Source: Parcubacteria group bacterium
GTDB taxonomy: Bacteria > Patescibacteriota > Minisyncoccia > UBA10092
Direction: 5' to 3'
Length of the DNA stretch: 64,000 nt
Assembly: GCA_016188835.1 (NCBI GenBank)
Contig: JACPHB010000006.1
Coordinates: forward strand, 1,877 to 65,876
Every line of letters starts with the position of its first letter. Position 1 is the first letter of the stretch. Under the pieces are notes generated by a model that saw nothing but the letters and a program-made list of their open reading frames with translations, did not search any database and was not told the origin of the DNA. Shown in pieces: positions 17,874 to 27,923 of the stretch. A program made the position numbers and the translations under genes.

Positions 17874-18101
17874 ATGAATCAAAGATTGTCGATATTAAAG
17901 GCTCGCGACGTAATTCGCGTTTTAAAATCATTGGGATTTTTTGAAGTGCGCCAGAAAGGGGCGCATATTTGTTTTAAACACCGTGATGGCAGATTTACAT
18001 TAGTTCCTCGGCACAGTGGCGAAGACATAAGCCGCGGTTTATTGCGGCAAATCTTTCGGGAAATTAATATTTCGGCGGATGATTTCTCGAAATTTCTTTA
18101 G
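17874..18101 (+). CDS. hicA: HicA-family toxin
   Basis: LGF.EVRQKGAH..FKH.DGR..LVP.H. Confidence 0.9.
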   Translation: MNQRLSILKARDVIRVLKSLGFFEVRQKGAHICFKHRDGRFTLVPRHSGEDISRGLLRQIFREINISADDFSKFL

Positions 18102-18126
18102 AAGTTTTTAATTAAACGGTTTTATT

Positions 18127-18984
18127 GTGGAATATATTGTGATTGTGATAAAGAAAAAACTAAATAGCTTATCAAAAGTCCTTATTCAAAATTTCTGGGC
18201 GGTTGGGTTTTTGGTTATCGTGTCTTTGATTTTAATTTTTGTTGCAAAGCAAGACACTTTGGCAAAATTATTGTGGCAGAAATATCGTTTGCCAAAAACC
18301 GCGCTATTGCTTGTGAATCGCGACACCGATTTAGCGATGTTTATCGGCAATTATTATTTTAACGGCGTAATCGGCGGCGGAAAATATGATCTCAATATTG
18401 CGGAGAAGGCATATAAAAAAGCGGTTTTAATAAATCCTAAAATTCTCTGGGGGCACTATCAGCTTGCGCGGATTTATTTTGTAAAAGGGGATTACAAACA
18501 AGCGCTTGAAGAAATCGCCAAAGAACTTGAAGCCAATCCGGAAAACCTGCGCTCGCTTTATGTTCGCGGTCTAATTTATGGCTATAGAAATCAGGCAGGC
18601 GATTTGGAAAAAGCCGAAGCCGATTTCCTTCGTTTTACTTTATGGGCGCCGAAAGAATGGGCGGGCTATAACGATTTGGCGTGGATTTTGTCAAAACAGG
18701 GAAAATATAAAGAAGCGAAAGAAGCGATAAACGCGGCTTTTCGCGAGATTAAAGAATCGGAAAATAACCCCTGGCTTTGGAACGCGCTTGGCGTGGCGGA
18801 GCTGAATCTGAAAGAATATAAAAACGCCGCGATATCTTTTGAAAAGGCCAAGCAATTGGCGGAAAAATTGACCAATGAAGACTGGTTTCATTCCTATCCG
18901 GGAAATAATCCGGTGTCCGCCGAAGAAGGACTTTCAGCTTTTATCGCCGCGATAGAAAAAAATCTCCGCCGCGCCAGCCAATGA
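18127..18984 (+). CDS. membrane-anchored TPR protein
   Basis: TM helix then TPR-like repeats (HYQLARIYF..G.Y..A, YNDLAWIL..QGKY). Confidence 0.82.
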   Translation: MEYIVIVIKKKLNSLSKVLIQNFWAVGFLVIVSLILIFVAKQDTLAKLLWQKYRLPKTALLLVNRDTDLAMFIGNYYFNGVIGGGKYDLNIAEKAYKKAVLINPKILWGHYQLARIYFVKGDYKQALEEIAKELEANPENLRSLYVRGLIYGYRNQAGDLEKAEADFLRFTLWAPKEWAGYNDLAWILSKQGKYKEAKEAINAAFREIKESENNPWLWNALGVAELNLKEYKNAAISFEKAKQLAEKLTNEDWFHSYPGNNPVSAEEGLSAFIAAIEKNLRRASQ

Positions 18985-19035
18985 TTGTGGATAACGGATA
19001 AAGAGTTTTAATAAATATTTGGTATACTTTAATAA

Positions 19036-20355
19036 ATGGCAAACAAATTTTTATCTAGAAAGATAATTATTCCAGCGGTTATATTTTTCGGCGGGTTAGC
19101 AGTTGCTTCCAGTGTTTTTATTTTGGCAAATTTTACTGATGCCAAATTATTTACCGCTTCTCAAGTTTCCAAATGGACGCAGAATACCGGAGAGGGGATT
19201 TCAATTCCGGCCTGCTCTGCCACAGGTATATCCACAACTTGCTCAAACGGTGCGCCAGTGATTACTGTGACCGGCGATTGCGGTCATTTGACCACACAAG
19301 AAGCTGTGGTATGGCCAAGTGGCGAGGTCATGAATACCAGTCAGGGCTACGTATTTGTTATTGTGGGGGGCGGCTGTGGTTCCGTTGGTGAGTGGAGCGC
19401 ATCTGTCCCAAGAGTTATCGTCGGCAGTGGAAGCCCTGATCCCGTCCCGCCCCTACCGGGCAAAACCTACGCCTGGGACGTAGCAGCCCCCAGTGGTCAT
19501 AATGCACCTTTTTCTTCTGGCGCTTTCACCACCCCGAATTGCTCTACCGGCACCTTACAGCTTCGAGCCACTCTTAATGGCGTGCCATGGTCGGGAATTA
19601 TAACTTATAATGTCTCTTCTCCGCTGGGGGTCACTACTACAACGAGAATTCTGCCGTATGATAACTCAAGTGCTCCCACCGGCGATTATACTTATACTTA
19701 TATATCCGGAGGTCCGCCCGGCGCAACATTTACTGGTATTACCCCTTCGTCAAGCCAGACGCTTTCTCTTGGTGAGACAATTACCTTTACTTTCAATTTT
19801 GTCACTCTTCCGGGAGATTTTACTCTAAGCGTTGGAGGCGGGCTTGCCTGCAATTCGGTGCCGCTTAGCTGGACGGCTTCATCCGGCGCCGACGGTTATA
19901 GAATTTTAAAAGGAGCGGCGCGGGTTGATATTACTCCTTACAATCCCTATACCGCCTTAAATTTTACTGACACGGATGTCGTTCAAAACACTACTTATAA
20001 ATATCAAATTGAGGCCTATAACGAAAGCGGCACCAACCGTTCCAATTCTCTAAATATTACTACTCCTTATTGCCCGCCAACACTTAATTTTTCAGGAGAC
20101 CCGACAACAATTTATGAAGGAGGAAGCTCTACATTAACTTGGCTTTCAACCTACACCACTTCTTGCATTGCTTCTGGCGCTTGGAGCGGTTCTAAATCAT
20201 TAAATGGTGATCAAGTTGTCATTCCGTTGCCACCGCCAAGCGTAACTTATACCATGACTTGTACTGGCCTCGGCGGCAGCACCGGTCCGCAATCGGTAAT
20301 CATAAACGTTACGCCTTTGGGCTTGCCTCAGTGGAAAGAAATCATCCCTCGTTAA
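19036..20355 (+). CDS. Thr/Ser/Gly/Cys-rich surface protein with FN3/Ig-like domains
   Basis: N-terminal TM, LSWTAS.GA.GY.I...YKYQIEAYN FN3 pattern, C-terminal WKEIIP. Confidence 0.8.
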   Translation: MANKFLSRKIIIPAVIFFGGLAVASSVFILANFTDAKLFTASQVSKWTQNTGEGISIPACSATGISTTCSNGAPVITVTGDCGHLTTQEAVVWPSGEVMNTSQGYVFVIVGGGCGSVGEWSASVPRVIVGSGSPDPVPPLPGKTYAWDVAAPSGHNAPFSSGAFTTPNCSTGTLQLRATLNGVPWSGIITYNVSSPLGVTTTTRILPYDNSSAPTGDYTYTYISGGPPGATFTGITPSSSQTLSLGETITFTFNFVTLPGDFTLSVGGGLACNSVPLSWTASSGADGYRILKGAARVDITPYNPYTALNFTDTDVVQNTTYKYQIEAYNESGTNRSNSLNITTPYCPPTLNFSGDPTTIYEGGSSTLTWLSTYTTSCIASGAWSGSKSLNGDQVVIPLPPPSVTYTMTCTGLGGSTGPQSVIINVTPLGLPQWKEIIPR

Positions 20356-21146
20356 CCCTTCGCTATAACCAATCCATAAACTTCTTTTACTCCCGCTTGT
20401 TTTAAAACGCGAGCTGCTTCTTCCAAGGTGGCGTCGCTCGTTGCCACATCGTCAATCAAAATAACTTTTTTAATATTTCCAAACTGTCCCATTAACTGAC
20501 GATCGTCTGAAACTGGGATAATTTTGAGATTGAGGTTAAGGGTGAAGGCGCCGGAAATGTTTTCTTTTCTCTGTTGCCAATCCTTTATTTTCGCTTGAGG
20601 CGCGCTGAATTTTTGCCTTTTTAGTAAATTAATTACTGGGCAGCTTAAAGCGGGGGACAGCTCTTTAGCTAAAAGTTCGCTTTGATTAAAACCCCGGCTT
20701 AGTTTTCGGCGCCGCGAAAGGGGAATCGGCGCCAAAACAGTTGAAAATGTTGGAAACCGAGCTTCCAACATTTGGAGTTTCTCAATCAAGTTTTCTTTTT
20801 TGAGATATTTAATTAACAGTTCGGCCAGCGGTTTTTTTAATGATTCAACTGATTGGTATTTGAATTGATGAATCGCTTCTCTTAAAATCGGATCCTGGTA
20901 TTTTCCGGCAGCGAATAAACCGTTTAAAAATGTTTTTTTTCGGCATCTGCAGCAGATAATGTTGGAAACTCGGTTTCTAACATTTTTATTTCTTAAGCCG
21001 CAGACGTGGCACTCTACTCCGGAATTTAAAACGATATTATTTAAACAGGCCTCGCAGATAAACGAGGCCTGTTTTAAACTCAATTCTTTTTTACAGCCAA
21101 GGCAGAATCTCGGAAAAATCAAATCAAGTAAAAAGTTTTTTATCAT
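20352..21146 (-). CDS. comF: ComF family competence phosphoribosyltransferase-like protein
   Basis: double Zn-ribbon CxxC motifs, RGFNQS, LIDDV; start moved to ATG 21146. Confidence 0.9.
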   Translation of the reverse strand: MIKNFLLDLIFPRFCLGCKKELSLKQASFICEACLNNIVLNSGVECHVCGLRNKNVRNRVSNIICCRCRKKTFLNGLFAAGKYQDPILREAIHQFKYQSVESLKKPLAELLIKYLKKENLIEKLQMLEARFPTFSTVLAPIPLSRRRKLSRGFNQSELLAKELSPALSCPVINLLKRQKFSAPQAKIKDWQQRKENISGAFTLNLNLKIIPVSDDRQLMGQFGNIKKVILIDDVATSDATLEEAARVLKQAGVKEVYGLVIAKG

Positions 21147-21155
21147 AGTGTATTG

Positions 21156-21304
21156 ATATAACATAGCCAAACATAATTTTCCTCGCGCTCTCGGTCGCCC
21201 AGCGGCTTCCTCGCTGTCCGATGAAAGCGTTTTATTCGCCTTTGGCGAAACCATGCTAAAACGCTTTCATAAGCTTCGGAAAATTACGTTTGGCTATATT
21301 TTAT
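21156..21304. repeat. structured palindromic element, family D copy 1
   Basis: core shared with 35322-35526; 14-bp inner stem atgaaagcgtttta/taaaacgctttcat; imperfect outer arms. Confidence 0.85.
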
Positions 21305-21309
21305 AGAGT

Positions 21310-21425
21310 TGACAATAATATTGCAAAATAAAATTATAGGTGGGGGCGAGCCGTTCGCCGAAGGCGAATGGGCCTGCCTGCCGGCAGGCAGGGCTAAGGA
21401 ATTTTATTTTGCAATATTATTGTCA
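21310..21425. repeat. hairpin element, family C copy 1 (with nested family B palindrome)
   Basis: perfect 26-bp inverted arms around taggtgggggcgagccgttcgccgaaggcgaatggg...gctaag. Confidence 0.88.
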
Positions 21426-23702
21426 TATTAAATTTATTTTATTATTTTTCACGTCCACGATAATATTTTTCTCTTTTCCATTTTTGAGGACAAAATCCGC
21501 CAGAGAATTAATAATCAGTTTATTAATCAAATGTTTTATTTCTCTTGCGCCATTGCGGCTCGAAACGGCTTTGTCGGCGATAAAATTTATTACCGCGGGC
21601 CTTATTTTCAGGCGGCAGTTAATTGAATCATTAGTGAGAATATTTTTAAGTTCAAGCTCGGCAATATACCTCATTTGCTGGCGTCCCAAAGGGTTAAAAA
21701 CCACTATTTCATCAAGGCGCGATAAAAGTTCCGGTATAAAATGGCGGCGCAAGGACTTTAAGCTGGCATTTTTAATTTCATCAAATTTTTCCGCAAACGT
21801 TTTTGAGGCGGCTATAAAACCGAATTTTTTTGCCTCGCGGCTGAATTCTCTTGAGCCGAGGTTGGAGGTTAGAATAACAATGGCGTTTTTAAAATTAGCC
21901 CGTCGGCCGCGATTGTCGGTTAGAACTCCTTCCTCCAAAATTTGGAGCAAAATATTGGCGACTTGGGGGTGCGCTTTTTCTATTTCATCAAAAAGCACTA
22001 CCGAGTGGGGCTCCCTCCGTATTTTTTCGGTTAAATTGCCCGGCTCTTCATAGCCGATGTATCCCGGCGGCGCTCCTATTAATTTAGATATGCTGTGGGG
22101 TTCTGAAAATTCCGACATGTCAATTTTTATTAAAGGCGACCTCAAAATTTCCTTGCTCAAAACTTTTGCCAAATTTGTTTTGCCGACTCCGGTCGGCCCG
22201 ATAAATAAAAATGAACCGAGGGGCTTTTCTCTATTAGATAAGCCGGCGTAAGATCGAGCCAGGGCGGCGGAGAGCGTTTCAATCGCCTCATCCTGTCCGA
22301 TTATATTTTGTTTTAATTTTCGACTGATTTGCTCCGAGCCGAGCTGAGCGGTTGTCTTGCCTGCCTGCGCAGGCAGGCCAAAAACAATATTTGGAATTCC
22401 TGTCATTAAATTCAGTGTCTTAACAACATCTTCTATTTGGAGTTCTAAATCGGTTTTTTCCGTTTCGGTTTCCAAATTTTTCAAAGCGCAGGCCTCGTCG
22501 AGCAGGTCTATCGCTTTATCGGGCAAAAACCTTTCGGTTAAATATTGATTTGACAATTTAACGGCGGCGCTTATGCATTCATTCGAAATTTTTATTTTAT
22601 GGTGATTTTTTAAGGATGGCAAAAGGCCCAGTAGAATTTCTTCGGTTTGGCTTTCTGTCGGTTCGCTAATCATAACCTGCTGGAATCGTCTTTCCAGGCC
22701 GCCGTCTCTTTCCACATATTTTCGCCATTCGGCCAAAGTGGTGGCTCCGATTATTTGTACTTTATTAAGCGACAAGAGCGGCTTAATAATGTTTGAGGCG
22801 TCTAAAGAACCCTGGGCGGCGCCGGCGCCGATAACGGTATGGAATTCATCTATAAAAATTATGGCGTTTTTTTCTTCGGCTTCATATAGCACATCTTTTA
22901 ACCGCTCCTCGAACTCGCCGCGGAAAGTGGCGCCCGAAACGATAGCGCCCAAATCAATCTGAAAAATATTTTTATTCTTTAAATTTTTTGGAACTTCATC
23001 TTTGGCTATTTTTTGCGCCAAACCATATACTATAGCTGTCTTGCCAACACCCGGCTCGCCGATTAGTATTGGATTATTTTTTGTCCTCCGGCTCATTATC
23101 GCGGTCATTCTTTGCATTTCTTTTTTTCTGCCGATTATGGGATCAAATTTTCCGTCTTTAGCCATTGCTACGAGTTCGGCTCCGAAAATTTCAAGTGGCG
23201 CTTTCTCCGGTTCTTCTTCGGATATATTTTTATAAACATCGGCGATCAGTTTATCCAAAATATTCGGGCTATTTTTAGCGGCGGTCACGGGACTGTTAAT
23301 TTTCCCCGAAAGATAAAAAATTTCTTTTAAGTGATTTTCTACATCAACAGCCAGCCGGTGTTTTTGAGCTGAAATCCTGCTTTTAAATTCAGAAATTAAG
23401 CCCCAAAGCAAATGCTCGGTGCCGATGTGCCGGTAACCGTATTTCATTGCTTCTTCGAGTGCCGATGCCAAAACATCGCGGAAAGAAATAACGCTCGGCA
23501 GAGATAAATTTAAGTCATTAATATCCAACCCGTGGTTTTTCAAAATATTGTAAGCCAAACTGCCGCGAGCTTCAAAAACCGCTTTGATTAAATGGCTTCC
23601 GCCAATTTCGCCCCGTAGCTGCGGGGCGGAATTTTCTGCCGCTAAAATGACGCTTTTGGCGCGAGCCGTCAAACGATTCTCAAGAGATGGGGATAACTTC
23701 AT
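21423..23702 (-). CDS. ClpA/ClpC-type AAA+ ATPase
   Basis: Clp N domain, GEPGVGKT and GPTGVGKT Walker A motifs, FGF ClpP-docking loop; no long M domain; start moved to ATG 23702. Confidence 0.92.
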   Translation of the reverse strand: MKLSPSLENRLTARAKSVILAAENSAPQLRGEIGGSHLIKAVFEARGSLAYNILKNHGLDINDLNLSLPSVISFRDVLASALEEAMKYGYRHIGTEHLLWGLISEFKSRISAQKHRLAVDVENHLKEIFYLSGKINSPVTAAKNSPNILDKLIADVYKNISEEEPEKAPLEIFGAELVAMAKDGKFDPIIGRKKEMQRMTAIMSRRTKNNPILIGEPGVGKTAIVYGLAQKIAKDEVPKNLKNKNIFQIDLGAIVSGATFRGEFEERLKDVLYEAEEKNAIIFIDEFHTVIGAGAAQGSLDASNIIKPLLSLNKVQIIGATTLAEWRKYVERDGGLERRFQQVMISEPTESQTEEILLGLLPSLKNHHKIKISNECISAAVKLSNQYLTERFLPDKAIDLLDEACALKNLETETEKTDLELQIEDVVKTLNLMTGIPNIVFGLPAQAGKTTAQLGSEQISRKLKQNIIGQDEAIETLSAALARSYAGLSNREKPLGSFLFIGPTGVGKTNLAKVLSKEILRSPLIKIDMSEFSEPHSISKLIGAPPGYIGYEEPGNLTEKIRREPHSVVLFDEIEKAHPQVANILLQILEEGVLTDNRGRRANFKNAIVILTSNLGSREFSREAKKFGFIAASKTFAEKFDEIKNASLKSLRRHFIPELLSRLDEIVVFNPLGRQQMRYIAELELKNILTNDSINCRLKIRPAVINFIADKAVSSRNGAREIKHLINKLIINSLADFVLKNGKEKNIIVDVKNNKINLI

Positions 23703-23763
23703 ATTTATAATGAATATTTTATGATATAATAAAATTAAATTTAAATTTTGTCTATTTTTATTT

Positions 23764-24861
23764 ATGGCATTGCCTTTTAACATATTCAGCATTGGAAAAG
23801 AACCCAAAAGCTATTTAGGCGTTGATATCGGCACTTTATCAATAAAAATAGTGGAGCTTTCAAGTGAAAACGGCCGGCCAAAACTTCAAAATTATGCCAT
23901 TTTATCGAACTATAATCTGATTGAAAATAAAACTCCAAAAGTATTCGGCGGAGAAGCGTCAATGATGTTAAGACGGATGTTAAAAGAATCGGGCATAGTT
24001 GCGAAAGAAATTAATATGTCGGCGCCGATTTTTTCAAGTTTTCTTACTATTATGGAGTTACCGCCGATGTCAGAATCGGAAGTCGCGAGTGCTATTCAGT
24101 TTGAGGCGAAAAAATACATTCCGGTTCCTCTTGATAGCGTTTTGATTGATTGGTCTTTAATAGGAACCAGCGCCGAAGGCCCCTCGACTACGTTCGGGGC
24201 AGGCCTGCCTGCCGGTCAGGCAGGCAAAATTTTAATTCTTTTAATCGCCATACCCAAGGATTTGGTAAATGAGTACCAATTTATCGCTAGAGAATCCGAT
24301 TTAAAACTTAATAATTTGGAACTAGAAACCACGTCGGCGACTCGCGCCCTTATCGGCAATGATCCGGTCCCGGCGGTGTTAATGGACATGGGTTCGCGAG
24401 ATACTACAATCAGCGTGGTTGATGGCGGATATTTGCGGATCAGCCATTCAATTGAGGCCTCCGGTGAGGATTTAACCAGAGCTTTAGCGAATAGTTTAAA
24501 TATCAGTTGGCGCCGAGCCGAAGAATTAAAAAAAGAACAAGGCCTTAAAGTTATGGATAATAACAATCAAATTAACGATGTTCTTGCGCCTCTTTTAGAC
24601 ACTATTGTTAACGCCGCGAAAAATATTATTGATCTTTATTTTAGTAAAACCAATAAGAAAGTTGAAAAGCTGATTATTTACGGCGGGGCGGCTAAAATGC
24701 CCGGATTTTCGCAGTATCTTGGCAAGGGCCTCGGCATCGACGCCCTTATCGGAAATCCTTTTAGTAAAATCATTTACGATGAAAAATTAAATCCAATCAT
24801 GGAAGAAATAGGTCACGAGTTTACAATAGCGACCGGACTCGCCCTAAAAGCTATACAATAA
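23764..24861 (+). CDS. pilM: type IV pilus assembly protein PilM
   Basis: GVDIGT..IK, EA..YIP, DMG, GG.A, GLAL. Confidence 0.92.
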   Translation: MALPFNIFSIGKEPKSYLGVDIGTLSIKIVELSSENGRPKLQNYAILSNYNLIENKTPKVFGGEASMMLRRMLKESGIVAKEINMSAPIFSSFLTIMELPPMSESEVASAIQFEAKKYIPVPLDSVLIDWSLIGTSAEGPSTTFGAGLPAGQAGKILILLIAIPKDLVNEYQFIARESDLKLNNLELETTSATRALIGNDPVPAVLMDMGSRDTTISVVDGGYLRISHSIEASGEDLTRALANSLNISWRRAEELKKEQGLKVMDNNNQINDVLAPLLDTIVNAAKNIIDLYFSKTNKKVEKLIIYGGAAKMPGFSQYLGKGLGIDALIGNPFSKIIYDEKLNPIMEEIGHEFTIATGLALKAIQ

Positions 24862-24862
24862 T

Positions 24863-25393
24863 ATGGTGGAAATTACGCCTCAAAAACCAAAATTAATTTT
24901 ACCAAACTGGTCTTGGCCGCTGTGGCTTTCCCTTGCCCTTTTCTTTTTAAGCGTTTTTGCTTTTGTATTTTTAAAAGTTTATTTTGCCAGAATTCAGGAG
25001 GAAATTGTAAGCATTAATAATCAAATTAAAACCGAGGTCGGCAAAGTAAGCGTTGATGATGAAAACACGGTAATCCGCTTAAGCGATTCTTTAGCCGCTT
25101 TAGACGGCATCGTTTCAAACCACAGTTATTTTTCCAATGTTTTTAGTTTAATCGGCTCTCTCACTTATTCAAAGGCGGTTTTTACCAAATTTGACGCCGA
25201 TCGCGACAACGGCGTCATTAATCTTAGAGGATCGGCTCAGAATTACACGGCATTAGCCAAACAAATGGTTGCTCTCAGAGAAAATGACTACGTCAAGACA
25301 CTGGAAGTTAGAGGAATAAATTTTGGAAGTACGGGATTGGATTTTGATCTGATGCTTGGTATTGATGGTAAAATTTTCATAAAACAGCAATAA
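24863..25393 (+). CDS. PilN-like protein
   Basis: TM + coiled coil + ferredoxin-like domain, located after pilM. Confidence 0.7.
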   Translation: MVEITPQKPKLILPNWSWPLWLSLALFFLSVFAFVFLKVYFARIQEEIVSINNQIKTEVGKVSVDDENTVIRLSDSLAALDGIVSNHSYFSNVFSLIGSLTYSKAVFTKFDADRDNGVINLRGSAQNYTALAKQMVALRENDYVKTLEVRGINFGSTGLDFDLMLGIDGKIFIKQQ

Positions 25394-25397
25394 ATTT

Positions 25398-25943
25398 ATG
25401 AACTTAAACCTTTTTAAATATATTATTTTGCCGTTTATTCTTTTTTTTGCCGCTCTTGCAATAGGTTTTTGGGTTTTATGGCCGCTTTACGGCGATATTC
25501 AAGCTGCCATGCTTTTAAAGGAACAAAATCAAGACAATTTAACGCAGCGGAAAAAACTCACGGAGAATCTGGAGCGTTTGATAAGCCAATATAATGAACG
25601 CGGTGGCGATATCGCGTCTTTAAATAAAGCTATTCCAAGCGGCCAAAACGTCCCGGAGCTTTTGGTAAATCTTGAAGCGATAGCTTCCGAAAGCGGGTTA
25701 ATTTTTAAAGGCGTGAATTTTAAACCTAAGGACTTGAAAGCTCCGGGCATTAAAACTTTAATAGCGGAAATAAGAGTCACGGGGTCTTATCCGGATTTTC
25801 TAAATTATCTTAAGGCGATGGAAAAAAGTTTGCGGATTTTTGATGTAACCAGTATTTCTTTTGCCGGAGTTTCACCCGGTCAAATTAGCGCGAGAACGGA
25901 TAACATAGATTTTAGTTTAACAGTAAATACTTATTATTATTAA
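25398..25943 (+). CDS. pilO: PilO-like protein
   Basis: TM, coiled coil, G.Y..F..YL..ME.S.RI. Confidence 0.8.
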   Translation: MNLNLFKYIILPFILFFAALAIGFWVLWPLYGDIQAAMLLKEQNQDNLTQRKKLTENLERLISQYNERGGDIASLNKAIPSGQNVPELLVNLEAIASESGLIFKGVNFKPKDLKAPGIKTLIAEIRVTGSYPDFLNYLKAMEKSLRIFDVTSISFAGVSPGQISARTDNIDFSLTVNTYYY

Positions 25944-25946
25944 ATT

Positions 25947-26294
25947 ATGGTTAACATTTCTCCAACATTGCCGCCATCAGGCACTTTCGGCGCTTTTAAG
26001 CCCCAAGCCCCCCAAAAAAGATCTCTTTTGCCATATTTAGTTATTGGTGCGGTAATTTTAATTTTGGCCGCCGGTTATTATTTTTTTATTTATCAAGGGA
26101 TTGGTTTTTCTCTAGCTACTCCAGTTATTCCGGGGGCTTCTCCTTTAACCTCAATTGAAATTAAAGTAGCTCAATTACCGAGCTTTCAATTTAATGTCTT
26201 TAATAGTTCTCTTTACAAATCGCTTAAAAGCTATGGTGCTCTGCCGGTTGTAGCCGATTCGCTCGGAAGAACAAATCCTTTTATTCCATATTAA
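25947..26294 (+). CDS. single-TM pilus-cluster protein
   Basis: C-terminal GRTNPF motif, operon context. Confidence 0.7.
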   Translation: MVNISPTLPPSGTFGAFKPQAPQKRSLLPYLVIGAVILILAAGYYFFIYQGIGFSLATPVIPGASPLTSIEIKVAQLPSFQFNVFNSSLYKSLKSYGALPVVADSLGRTNPFIPY

Positions 26295-26297
26295 AGC

Positions 26298-27854
26298 ATG
26301 GCGATTGACATAGACAAAAAAATACCGCCTGATGTTCTGGTTCTCATTTCGGAAGAAGCGGCCAGGTATTATAAGATGATCCCGCTCAACCTTTCCGGCA
26401 ATGTTTTAGATGTCGGATTGGTTAATCCGGGTGATGTCAGGGCGCAGGAAGCGCTCAGTTTTTTAACTTCCAGAAACGGCTTGGCGGCCAGAGTTTTTAA
26501 AATCAGCGAAGAAGATTGGCTGGTTTTGATTAAACAATATGCGGGGATTAAAGAGGAAGTAGGAGAGGCGCTGGAGGGCTTAAGAAAAGAACTGGCGGAA
26601 GAAAAACTTTTATTGCCGGAAATACCAAAAAGTAAAAAAGAAGAAGCGGCGCCGATAATAAGAATGATGGAAACGATTTTAAAGCACGGTATTGAATCCA
26701 AGGCCTCAGATATTCACATTGAGCCGACAATGAAAAAATTAAGAGTCCGTTTTCGTCTTGACGGCACATTGCAAACAGTTGTGGTTTTACCGGTAGAAAT
26801 TGCGCCGGCCATTGTGGCGCGAGTAAAAATTCTCTCAAATCTTCAGATTGACGAGACGCGGAGGCCTCAAGACGGCCGTTTTACCACCAAGTTGGGCGAA
26901 AAAGAAGTTGATTTCAGAGTGGCAATTTTGCCAACGGCCAGAGGCGAAAAAGCGGCGCTTAGAATTTTAGATCCCACCATTGGGCTAAGAACATTGCCGG
27001 AACTCGGCATTATCGGCCGCAACTTGGAGGTTGTTGAAAGGGGAATAAAAAAACCTTTTGGCATGGTACTTATGACAGGGCCGACCGGTTCCGGGAAATC
27101 CACGACTATTTACGGGATTCTCCAAATTCTTAATACTGAATTGGTAAATATTGTCAGCTTGGAGGATCCGGTTGAATATTACGTTGATGGCGTAAATCAA
27201 TCGCAAATCAGACCGGAACTCGGCTATACTTTTGCTTCCGGTTTGCGGCAAATTTTGCGCCAGGATCCGAATATTATTGTTGTTGGAGAAATGCGCGACA
27301 GCGAAACCGCCGGGCTTGCGGTGCAATCGGCTTTGACCGGCCACTTAGTTTTATCTACTTTACACACCAATGATGCCATAGGCGTTATTCCTCGCTTGAT
27401 AGATATGGGAGTTGAACCATTTCTTTTACCCTCGGCTTTAAATGTGGCTTTGGCCCAGCGCTTGGTTAAAAGGTTATGCCCCGATTGCAAAAAAGAGACA
27501 GAACCTTCGGAACCGGTGAAAAAAATTATTTTGGAAGCCATAAATTCCATGCCGGAAATAAACCGGCCAAAGATAAAGTCCGACAAATTTCAAATTTACA
27601 AGCCCCAAGGTTGTCCCAAATGCGGCAATAAGGGCACCAAAGGCCGAATTGCGGTTTTTGAAATTTTAGAGGTGACTCCCCAGATTGAAGAAATAATTAT
27701 TTCCGGGCCTACCGAATCAAAAATTTTAGCCGAGGCTAAGAGGCAGGGGATGGTAACAATGTTTCAAGATGGAATTTTAAAGGTTTTAGATGGTATAATT
27801 GGTTTTGAAGAATTAACTCAAGTTGTCAGTGTCAACGCCGAGGAATCAAAATAA
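26298..27854 (+). CDS. pilB: PilB/GspE assembly ATPase
   Basis: ASDIHIEP, GPTGSGKST, LRQDP, tetracysteine motif. Confidence 0.93.
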   Translation: MAIDIDKKIPPDVLVLISEEAARYYKMIPLNLSGNVLDVGLVNPGDVRAQEALSFLTSRNGLAARVFKISEEDWLVLIKQYAGIKEEVGEALEGLRKELAEEKLLLPEIPKSKKEEAAPIIRMMETILKHGIESKASDIHIEPTMKKLRVRFRLDGTLQTVVVLPVEIAPAIVARVKILSNLQIDETRRPQDGRFTTKLGEKEVDFRVAILPTARGEKAALRILDPTIGLRTLPELGIIGRNLEVVERGIKKPFGMVLMTGPTGSGKSTTIYGILQILNTELVNIVSLEDPVEYYVDGVNQSQIRPELGYTFASGLRQILRQDPNIIVVGEMRDSETAGLAVQSALTGHLVLSTLHTNDAIGVIPRLIDMGVEPFLLPSALNVALAQRLVKRLCPDCKKETEPSEPVKKIILEAINSMPEINRPKIKSDKFQIYKPQGCPKCGNKGTKGRIAVFEILEVTPQIEEIIISGPTESKILAEAKRQGMVTMFQDGILKVLDGIIGFEELTQVVSVNAEESK

Positions 27855-27923
27855 CGAGTACGAATTACAAATCTGCTACGAATATACAAATTAGTATATT
27901 AGTAAAAATTAGTAATTAGTATT

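Noticed and set aside
19173-19391. Cys-rich 72-aa ORF as the YcaO precursor peptide
   Set aside because: It is an alternative frame inside the FN3 surface-protein gene, with no SD or leader-like features.
21210-21280. Hammerhead ribozyme in family D (ccgatga...gaaa)
   Set aside because: The core is CCGATGA rather than CTGATGA and the stems do not form the three-way junction; left as an unknown structure.
21340-22053. 237-aa plus-strand ORF and similar antisense ORFs across clp, pilB, ileS and leuS
   Set aside because: They lie opposite well-conserved genes and show no recognisable motifs.
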